From the NCBI GenBank assembly GCA_041288095.1, contig JBGGMJ010000031.1, positions 1-47,867 on the forward strand: a DNA stretch of 47,867 bases, given 5' to 3'. Position numbers and translations under genes: made by a program. A model generated the notes under the pieces. That model was not told the DNA's origin and searched no databases. It was given only the letters and a program-made list of their open reading frames with translations. Every line of letters starts with the position of its first letter. Position 1 is the first letter of the stretch. The stretch comes from Myxococcota bacterium. Its GTDB lineage: Bacteria > Myxococcota > XYA12-FULL-58-9 > JALHOP01. Shown one piece after another: positions 40,912-47,867 of this stretch.

Positions 40912-41296
40912 CTCGCGCTATGACAACCGTGTCAGATCTGGGCTCCGGGTGGGGCACGCACACCCGCGCCGTCAATCAACTTTCCGCAACCTGTGCCGTT
41001 AGATGGCGAGGATCCGCATGGCCGGGCGGCGGGTGGAACTTTCTTGAGTGGTTAGTTCGCGGTGTGGTACTCGCCTGGCGCCATCGCGGCTTGTCCGGAT
41101 GCGTTAATCGACTCCTGATGCACGACGGCCCTGTCACGATTTTTCAATGACAATGACCCTTCGCGAGCACCCCCTAAGCCCTCAGCGCACGCCCAAGACG
41201 CTGAAATCGCTCATGTTTGCGAGAGGGATCGAGGTCTTGGCACGCGACGTGAACACGTCGACGTCTGGCTCTCGAGGATAGAGGACGTCCCCAGCG

Positions 41297-42244
41297 ATGA
41301 TGTTACGCCAGCGTACCCTCCGCGAAAAAGTCAGCGTCTCCGGCATCGGCGTGCACACCGGTAACCTCATCACGATCGAGGTTCTTCCGGCCCCCGAAGA
41401 CACCGGTATCACCTTCATTCGCACCGACGTACCCAAGGGCGTCGAGCTGCGCGCGCACGTCGAAAACGTCGTCGACACCACGCTCGCGACTACGCTCGCG
41501 ACCGGCACCAACGGCTCGCGCGTCAGCGTCAGCACTGTCGAGCATCTGCTCGCGGCCTTCGCCGGACTCGGCGTCGACAACGCGCGCGTCTACATCAACG
41601 GCCCCGAAGTTCCGATCCTCGACGGCAGCGCCGCGCCGTTCGTTGCCATGCTCCAAGCCGCAGGTATCGAATCGCAGCGCAAGCCCAAGCGCTTCATCGT
41701 CATCAAGAAGGAAGTGCGGCTCGTCGAAGGCGGCAAAGAGGCGCGTATCACGCCGGCGAACCGCTTCAAGATCACCTGCAGCGTCGACTACGATCATCCG
41801 CTGATCCCGCCGATGCCCTTCACTTTCGAGGCGGGCGAGCGCGCTTTCGAGCGCGACATCTCGCGTGCCCGCACCTTCGGCTTCTTGAAGGACGTCGAGG
41901 CGCTCCGCTCCCGCGGACTAGCGCGCGGCGGCTCGCTCGAGAACGCGGTCGTCATCGACGAGTACCGCGTGATGAATCCGGAAGGCCTGCGCTATCCGGA
42001 CGAGTTCGTGGGTCACAAGATTCTCGATTGCATCGGCGACCTGTCGCTCTTCGGCATGCCGGTCTTGGGCCGCGTGCACATGAAGTGCCCCGGTCACACC
42101 CTGAACACGCAGCTCGTGCGCAAGGTGCTCGCCAATCCTTCGGCCTACGAGATCGTCGAGCCCTCGAACGTCACGCAGCTCGATGTCGCGCGCGCCGCCG
42201 AGGCCAGCCACTTCGAGCTCGAGCCGATCGAGACCACGGCGTAG
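41297..42244 (+). CDS. lpxC: UDP-3-O-acyl-N-acetylglucosamine deacetylase
   Basis: QRTL, GIGVHTG, TVEHLLAA, DGSA, ARTFGF, HKILDCIGD. Confidence 0.97.
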   Translation: MMLRQRTLREKVSVSGIGVHTGNLITIEVLPAPEDTGITFIRTDVPKGVELRAHVENVVDTTLATTLATGTNGSRVSVSTVEHLLAAFAGLGVDNARVYINGPEVPILDGSAAPFVAMLQAAGIESQRKPKRFIVIKKEVRLVEGGKEARITPANRFKITCSVDYDHPLIPPMPFTFEAGERAFERDISRARTFGFLKDVEALRSRGLARGGSLENAVVIDEYRVMNPEGLRYPDEFVGHKILDCIGDLSLFGMPVLGRVHMKCPGHTLNTQLVRKVLANPSAYEIVEPSNVTQLDVARAAEASHFELEPIETTA

Positions 42245-42254
42245 TGCGTGGCTC

Positions 42255-42458
42255 GTGACTGAGCCCACGGACGACCTGCCCTTTCCGACCAGTCTCTGCC
42301 ATCGCTGCAGCGCACCCCCGCGTTACATCCGGGCGGCGCGAACGACGTTCATCCTCTGCCCGCGGCTTGCCAACCGCTATCCGCCGCAACCGGTCCGGGA
42401 TTGCGACCTTTTCACCCTAAAAGAACCTACAATCGACCACAAAAGCCCCATGAAATAG
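42255..42458 (+). CDS. Small four-cysteine protein, 67 aa (putative metal binding)
   Basis: GTG 10 nt after the lpxC stop; SLCHRC...FILCP...YPPQPVRDC. Confidence 0.65.
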   Translation: MTEPTDDLPFPTSLCHRCSAPPRYIRAARTTFILCPRLANRYPPQPVRDCDLFTLKEPTIDHKSPMK

Positions 42459-42621
42459 CCCGAAGGTCCCGGTCGTCCGAATGTGCCTTGGGGTCTCTTG
42501 CGACCTCGATGACCGAGCCGCCGCTCGTCGACAACTCGAGGCCCTTGCCTGTGACTTGTTCGCCGGACCCGGTGCGGTTATTCCGTTGCAACACTTCCTT
42601 TCTGCTTACGGGGTTGTCCGC

Positions 42622-43839
42622 ATGCGTTTCGGTTATTGGTCCGCGGTAGCGTTGGTAGCAATGAGCGTCGCGTGCGGTGGTGGCGGCGGTGGTGGCGGAG
42701 ACGACGAGGTCTGTGACGGCGGCCAGGTCGTCGATTGCGGCGCGGTCCCGACCGCGGACGTCGGCGGCGAAGACTTCGTCGACGGTCTCGCCAACGCGAC
42801 CTGCGCCTCGGACGGCAAGTCGTGGGACACGACCCAGTGCACACCGAAGGGAAGTCCCGAGTTCACCTTCTGCGAAGCTACCTCCGAGTGTCGACGCGGA
42901 CTCTCCTGTGTCGAGACCGGCACCTTCCAGAGCTACTGCTTGACCGTTTGCACGGGCGGCGTGGCTTGCGGCGCCGACACCGCATGCGTCGACTGGAACC
43001 CGAGCGTCCCCGAGACCGAGATGTACTGTTTGCCCGTCGCCGCGACCGGCAACGAGTGCTTCTCCGACAACACCTGCGCCAGCGGCGCTGACAACTGCAT
43101 CCCGACCGCGCTCGACGAAGGCGACTATCTCTACGGCGCTTGCACCCGCTCGTGCGCGAGCACCCAAGTCGGCAGCCAGGGCTCCTGCGCGAGCGGCGAA
43201 AAGTGCGTCGGCAACAACATCGACATCGAGTGCCAGGGCGATCCCGCCTGCGGTGCTGCCGCGGTCACCTGCGACATCACCGTCGCGAACACTTGCAACG
43301 CCGGCCAGGGTTATCGCTGCATCCGTCTCGGGAGCAGCAGCAAGTGCGCGCGTGAGCCCGGCGTGTGCGTTGGTGCCGTGTTGCCGATGTGGGCCGGGGC
43401 CACCGATCTGCAAACCAACATTTCGGATGCCGACCTCTGCACCCTCCCAGCCGAGCCGGATGGCGAAGCGAACAACTACTTGGGTGAGATCTTCTTCGCC
43501 AATACCGCCTGCGGTTTGACTGGCGTCACCGGCAACTTCGCGGCCGAGGTGGAGTGCATCCGCATTCCCGGCGGCAGCGGTCAGGTCGGCTTCTGCGTCG
43601 GCTTCTGCGGCGAAGAGAACGGCACCGAGCTCCAGTGCGGCACCGGCTACACCTGCGCGCGCCCTGCGTTCGCGGAGGCGTTGTTCGTCGACTTCCAGCA
43701 GAGTGGCGGCGCTCGCGTCGCCTGTACCGGCACTTCGGACACGACGACGTGCGCTGTCGGCTACACCTGCGACACGAATAATTCGGCGTCGCCGCAGTTC
43801 ACCTGCCAGATCGGCAGCAAGGTCTGCACGCCGAACTAG
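42622..43839 (+). CDS. Cysteine-rich lipoprotein, 405 aa
   Basis: Lipobox SVAC followed by a Gly8 linker; 39 Cys by my count. Confidence 0.88.
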   Translation: MRFGYWSAVALVAMSVACGGGGGGGGDDEVCDGGQVVDCGAVPTADVGGEDFVDGLANATCASDGKSWDTTQCTPKGSPEFTFCEATSECRRGLSCVETGTFQSYCLTVCTGGVACGADTACVDWNPSVPETEMYCLPVAATGNECFSDNTCASGADNCIPTALDEGDYLYGACTRSCASTQVGSQGSCASGEKCVGNNIDIECQGDPACGAAAVTCDITVANTCNAGQGYRCIRLGSSSKCAREPGVCVGAVLPMWAGATDLQTNISDADLCTLPAEPDGEANNYLGEIFFANTACGLTGVTGNFAAEVECIRIPGGSGQVGFCVGFCGEENGTELQCGTGYTCARPAFAEALFVDFQQSGGARVACTGTSDTTTCAVGYTCDTNNSASPQFTCQIGSKVCTPN

Positions 43840-43860
43840 CGTCGGTTGCAAACGAGGCAA

Positions 43861-43910
43861 CGCCCGCCATTGCTCCGGTTCGCCGGACGCGATGGCGGGC
43901 GCTTTGCTTT
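43861..43910 (+). terminator. Intrinsic terminator-like hairpin
   Basis: CGCCCGCCAT..TCCGG-TTCG-CCGGA..ATGGCGGGCG followed by CTTTGCTTT. Confidence 0.7.
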
Positions 43911-44009
43911 AGCGGACACGTGCTCGCAAAACACGGATAGGCTCCTTCGAGGTCACGGCACGTCGCGTAGACCTCTAGGAGCCCAACCGGGTTACTGCGA
44001 TTGAGGGGC

Positions 44010-44186
44010 TCAGCACTCCGTCAGGTGATTCGCCGGCACCGGCGTCGTCACCGTGGGCGTCGTGAGCACTGGAGTGCCCTGCGCCGGGGGAGTGAGTACG
44101 CGGCTCGCCGACACGGTGCCGATGAGACCGATCGCAAAAGCGGCCGCCAGCAACAGGACGTATGCAAACCAACGTAAGTTGAGCAT
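44010..44186 (-). CDS. Small single-pass membrane or secreted protein, 58 aa
   Basis: MLNLRWFAYVLLLAAAFAIGLIG plus Pro/Thr-rich tail; consensus sigma-54 promoter directly upstream. Confidence 0.5.
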   Translation of the reverse strand: MLNLRWFAYVLLLAAAFAIGLIGTVSASRVLTPPAQGTPVLTTPTVTTPVPANHLTEC

Positions 44187-44202
44187 GACGGATACATAGG
44201 AG

Positions 44203-44219
44203 AGCAACCTCGGTGCCAA
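44203..44219 (-). promoter_or_regulatory. Sigma-54 promoter
   Basis: TTGGCACCGAGGTTGCT, a match to YTGGCAC-N5-TTGCW. Confidence 0.75.
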
Positions 44220-44431
44220 CTTGGGGCACTGACCGGGGCAACAAAAGCCCAATGATTGCGCCGTTGTGCTGCACCTACTTCCGGTGACACGCATCACGGG
44301 GGCGACACGAACGTCATGCTCTTGTGGGGGCGGGGGTCACGACCTGGCATTCAGGAGCTCCACACCGCTATGGAAGGACGTTTTCCGGGCGTTGTGCATT
44401 CACGCACGACAGTGACAGTGACGGCGGTCGA

Positions 44432-45409
44432 ATGGGTGCTGGTAAGCAAACGGTGGCGGATGTGGGTGAGGCCGGGCTCATCGCGCGCATTCAGAGGTAC
44501 GTAAAGCCACGCGGTGCCGGGGTCGTGGTCGGGATTGGGGATGACGCCGCCTTGGTGCGCGCAGTGGCGCCGGCGGCGGTCCTGACGACCGACATGCTAG
44601 TCGAGGACGTCGACTTCCGCCTGGCGTGGGCCACATGGTCCGACATCGGCCACAAGGCGGCGGCCGTGAATCTCTCGGATCTCGCCGCCATGGGGGCACG
44701 GCCCAGAGGCCTCTTGCTGTCTCTCGCGCTACGGCCTGACATCCATGTCGACGATGTCATGGCGCTGGTGCGGACCCTCGCGCAGGTCGGCGCGCGCTAC
44801 GGGGCGCCGTTGGTCGGTGGTGATCTCTCGAAAATCGACGGGCCGGTCGTCGCCTCGGTGACCGCCATCGGTGAGGTGGACCCCAAGCGTGCCCTGAGGC
44901 GCTATGGTGGGCGTGTCGGCGACTTGGTGCTCGTGAGCGGTGCGCTGGGCGGTGCGGCCGCCGGCCTCGCGGCGTTGCAGGCCGGAATCGCGACGCCACT
45001 GCGCAAGCGCCAGCTGCGGCCAACGCCGAACGTCGCCCTGGGGGTCGCCCTTGCCAAGAGCCGGCTCGTGCAAAGCGCCGCTGACATCTCGGACGGGCTC
45101 GCACGTGACGCGCTCCATGTGGCTCCGCGGGGCGCCGGTGTCGCCATCGACGCCGAGGCGCTGCCCATCGACCGAGGAGTCGTCGAGCTCGCCGCGCGCC
45201 TGGGAGAAGACCCGCTGCGTCTGGCCGCCGCGGGTGGCGAGGACTTCGAGCTCGTCCTCGCGGTCGCGCCGAAAAACGTCGTCCGTGTTCAAGCACTGGC
45301 CCGTCGGCACCAATGTCGGCTGACCGTCGTGGGCAAGATCGTCAAGAAGTCGGGGGTCTCCCTCGGCCGCGTGCCTGCCCTGACGGCTTTCGATCACTTC
45401 CGTAGTTGA
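44432..45409 (+). CDS. thiL: Thiamine-monophosphate kinase
   Basis: GEAGLI, GIGDDAA, VNLSDLAAMG, GGD, DISDGL, GGEDFEL. Confidence 0.97.
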   Translation: MGAGKQTVADVGEAGLIARIQRYVKPRGAGVVVGIGDDAALVRAVAPAAVLTTDMLVEDVDFRLAWATWSDIGHKAAAVNLSDLAAMGARPRGLLLSLALRPDIHVDDVMALVRTLAQVGARYGAPLVGGDLSKIDGPVVASVTAIGEVDPKRALRRYGGRVGDLVLVSGALGGAAAGLAALQAGIATPLRKRQLRPTPNVALGVALAKSRLVQSAADISDGLARDALHVAPRGAGVAIDAEALPIDRGVVELAARLGEDPLRLAAAGGEDFELVLAVAPKNVVRVQALARRHQCRLTVVGKIVKKSGVSLGRVPALTAFDHFRS

Positions 45410-45419
45410 GGCGGTTTGT

Positions 45420-45448
45420 TTGACGTCGCCGTGGGTGTGCCGGACAAT
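45420..45448 (+). promoter_or_regulatory. Sigma-70-type promoter of the dif cluster (leaderless architecture)
   Basis: TTGACG-N17-GACAAT, 6 nt before GTG 45455. Confidence 0.6.
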
Positions 45449-45454
45449 TCGGGC

Positions 45455-46747
45455 GTGCGCAGCATTCTGAGACTCAAGCTCGCGCTCGCGTTCTTCGCCG
45501 TGTCGTTCGCGAGCGCCTTGGTGCCGCTCTTTGCCCAAGAGCTGGTCGCGGAGCGCGCCGTCGTTTGGAGTCTCACGATCATCTGTGTGCTAGCGATCGC
45601 CCCCATCGGCAGCGCCGTCCTCGCTGGCGCCCTGGCCCGCAACATCCGTTCGCTGTCGACCTTCGCCGGCCGCGTTTCGCGTGGCGACCTGTCCCAATAC
45701 GCGCGCTTCCAGAATCCGAGCCTGATGCCCGACGAGGTCGACACGCTCGGGAGCTCCATCAACTACATGCTCGAGAACCTGCGCGAGCTGGTCTCCCACA
45801 TCCAACGCACCGCGCGAGCGGTCGCCGAGAGCGCCAACGACCTCTCGGACACGGCCGGCGGCGTCAACGCCTCGACCGAAGAGGTCACCAAGTCCATCCA
45901 GCAGATCGCCAAGGGCGCCGGGCTGCAGACCGAGCTCGTGCAACGCGCCAGCACCATCATCCACAACATCGCGAGCGGCATCGAGCGCACGACCCGCTCG
46001 GCCGAAGACGCGGCCGTCGCTTCGAACGTTACCGCCAACGTTGCCCGCTCCGGCAGCCAGGTCGGCACGCTGGCCGTCGACAAGCTGCGCAAGGTCTTCG
46101 AGAAGATCGAGGACAGCGGCCTGCGCGTCGAGCGCTTCGGCGAGAAGTCCAAGCAGATTGGCAGCATCATCGAAGTCATCACCAAGCTCGCGCAGCAGAC
46201 CAACTTGCTGGCCTTGAACGCCGCCATCGAAGCGGCGCGCGCCGGCGACTACGGCCGTGGCTTCGCGGTGGTCGCCGATGAAATCCGCAAGCTCGCCGAA
46301 AACAGCTCACAGTCCGCGGACCAGATCGCGACCCTCATCCACGAGAGCCTCGCCGAATCTCAGTCCGCTGTAGCGGCCATGCAAGAGTCGACGCGCGAGC
46401 TCGCCGAGGGCCGCGAAGACATGAACTCGATCATCCGCTCGCTGGAGAACATCACCGTGTCCGCCAAGAAAGGCGTCGAGGTCGTCGAGCAGATCACCAC
46501 CATCGCGCACGAACAGCTCGAAGGCGCCAAGGCGATGCTCGCCGCCATCGACGACATCCGCAACGTGGCCGACGGTAACGCCGCGAATACCGTTCAGGTC
46601 TCGGGCGTCATTACCAAGCAGTCCCAATCGACCCAAGCCATGACCTCCAGCGCCGTCGAGCTCACCAACCTCTCCCATGAGCTCGAAGCCGTGGTTACGC
46701 GCTTCCAGCTCGGCGGTGATGACCGCTCCCCGCGAGGGTTGCCATGA
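45455..46747 (+). CDS. difA: Methyl-accepting chemotaxis protein, DifA-type
   Basis: Two TMs with almost no periplasmic loop, [37 protein letters not shown]; follows thiL. Confidence 0.9.
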   Translation: MRSILRLKLALAFFAVSFASALVPLFAQELVAERAVVWSLTIICVLAIAPIGSAVLAGALARNIRSLSTFAGRVSRGDLSQYARFQNPSLMPDEVDTLGSSINYMLENLRELVSHIQRTARAVAESANDLSDTAGGVNASTEEVTKSIQQIAKGAGLQTELVQRASTIIHNIASGIERTTRSAEDAAVASNVTANVARSGSQVGTLAVDKLRKVFEKIEDSGLRVERFGEKSKQIGSIIEVITKLAQQTNLLALNAAIEAARAGDYGRGFAVVADEIRKLAENSSQSADQIATLIHESLAESQSAVAAMQESTRELAEGREDMNSIIRSLENITVSAKKGVEVVEQITTIAHEQLEGAKAMLAAIDDIRNVADGNAANTVQVSGVITKQSQSTQAMTSSAVELTNLSHELEAVVTRFQLGGDDRSPRGLP

Positions 46748-47172
46748 GCGCCTCCTTGCTGGTTTTCGAGGTCCGCGGGGCCGAAAAGGCCTATGCGATC
46801 GATGTCGAGCGGGTGCTCAACGTCATCGAGCCGACCGTCATGACGCCGGTCCCCCTGCTACCAGGCTTGGTGCGTGGAATCGTGAGCCATCGGGGGCGGA
46901 TCGTCACCGTCGTGGACGCGGGTGTGTTGCTGAAGGCAGGCGCCCGGGCCGGAAACGATGTACACGTATCTCCAAATTTGATGCAGGTGCTGGTATTGCG
47001 TGATGGTTCACGTGATACGGGCAACGTCGGACTCGAGGTCGGAAAGATCCGCACTATCGAGTCGGCGGAGTCGTTGGGGGAGGGCGTCGTGGTGGTTGAC
47101 TCCGAGGCGATGCGCGCGGAGCTAGAGCTTCGCGTTGTAGATGCGATAGCGAGTCAAGGAGTGCTTCGATGA
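46744..47172 (+). CDS. cheW: CheW-family coupling protein (DifC-like)
   Basis: [29 protein letters not shown] overlap. Confidence 0.92.
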   Translation: MSASLLVFEVRGAEKAYAIDVERVLNVIEPTVMTPVPLLPGLVRGIVSHRGRIVTVVDAGVLLKAGARAGNDVHVSPNLMQVLVLRDGSRDTGNVGLEVGKIRTIESAESLGEGVVVVDSEAMRAELELRVVDAIASQGVLR

Positions 47173-47546
47173 CCAGGACGCGGGTGCTGATCGTTGATGA
47201 TGCGATCTTCATGCGCAACATGCTGAAGGACATCTTCGACAGCGAGACATTCGAGATTGTCGGAGAGGCCGCCAACGGCGTCGAAGCAGTGGAGAAATAC
47301 AAGGAGCTCCGGCCGGATCTCACGACGATGGACATCGTCATGCCGTTCAAGAGCGGCATCGAGGCGACCAAGGAGATCCTAGCCGTGCAGAACGACGCCG
47401 TGGTCATCATGTGCAGCGCGCTGGGCCAAGAATCCCTCGTCATGGAAGCCATCGAGGCCGGCGCCGCCGACTTCGTGGTGAAGCCCTTCAAACCAGAAGA
47501 CGTGCAGCGGGTCGTGGGCAAGGTGCTGGGGTCTCCCAAGGCTTGA
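47169..47546 (+). CDS. cheY: CheY-family response regulator (DifD-like)
   Basis: VLIVDDAIFMR, TMDIVMP, CSALGQ, FVVKPF. Confidence 0.95.
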   Translation: MTRTRVLIVDDAIFMRNMLKDIFDSETFEIVGEAANGVEAVEKYKELRPDLTTMDIVMPFKSGIEATKEILAVQNDAVVIMCSALGQESLVMEAIEAGAADFVVKPFKPEDVQRVVGKVLGSPKA

Positions 47547-47556
47547 GCCCGCTGGA

Positions 47557-47867
47557 ATGACCCCTCTCGACATGAGCAAGTATCGCGCGCTGTTCATCGA
47601 ACAGAGCCGCGAGCACCTCGAGGACCTGTCGCGAACTCTCGCCGCCGAGGCCCTTCCGGCCGGCGCCGTCGACGAGGTGTTCCGTCACGTGCACTCGATC
47701 AAGGGCATGGCGGCGTCGATGGGCTACGAGCCGATCGCGACGCTGGCCCATCGCTTCGAGGACGTCGTCGGCGAGCGGCGCGACCGCGGTGGCGTCTTCG
47801 ATAGTCGCTTGGTCGACGCCTTGCTGGAAGCCGTCGATGTTCTCGCCGCGCAAGTCGCGGCCGTCGC
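47557..47867 (+). CDS. cheA: CheA histidine kinase (DifE-like), N-terminal Hpt domain, truncated by the window end
   Basis: Not in the ORF track; MTPLDMSKYRALFIEQSREHL...FRHVHSIKGMAASMGY..IATLAHRFED. Confidence 0.92.
   Translation, partial: MTPLDMSKYRALFIEQSREHLEDLSRTLAAEALPAGAVDEVFRHVHSIKGMAASMGYEPIATLAHRFEDVVGERRDRGGVFDSRLVDALLEAVDVLAAQVAAV

Overview
High-GC bacterial chromosome segment. It is very probably from a Myxococcota (deltaproteobacterial-type) organism, judged by a thiL-linked Dif-type chemosensory cluster, a myxobacterial sigma-32-family factor, a MYXO-CTERM-like sorting signal and several Cys/Gly-rich lipoproteins. About 50 CDSs are supported. Most are housekeeping or envelope genes: truA, asd, M23 peptidase-nagZ-lptF-lptG-PAP2, gap, fumC, 5'-nucleotidase, ribA, dacB, yebC-ruvCAB, lpxC, thiL and difA/C/D/E. 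No rRNA, tRNA, CRISPR array or transposase was seen. Points of interest: (i) a lone type III export gate gene (sctV) flanked by signal-peptide-less orphans, including a zinc phospholipase C, several with a sigma-28-like upstream motif; (ii) a 651-aa ORF that looks like a polyprotein (FN3 surface protein, MYXO-CTERM, second internal signal peptide, outer-membrane barrel) joined by a 7-bp tandem repeat; (iii) an unannotated ~93-nt sRNA candidate with its own promoter, a long stem and an anti-Shine-Dalgarno loop; (iv) a Fic protein lacking the catalytic His; (v) three sigma-54 motifs upstream of the sigma-32 gene; (vi) repeated leaderless promoter architecture. All family calls come from motif recognition by eye, not from database searches.
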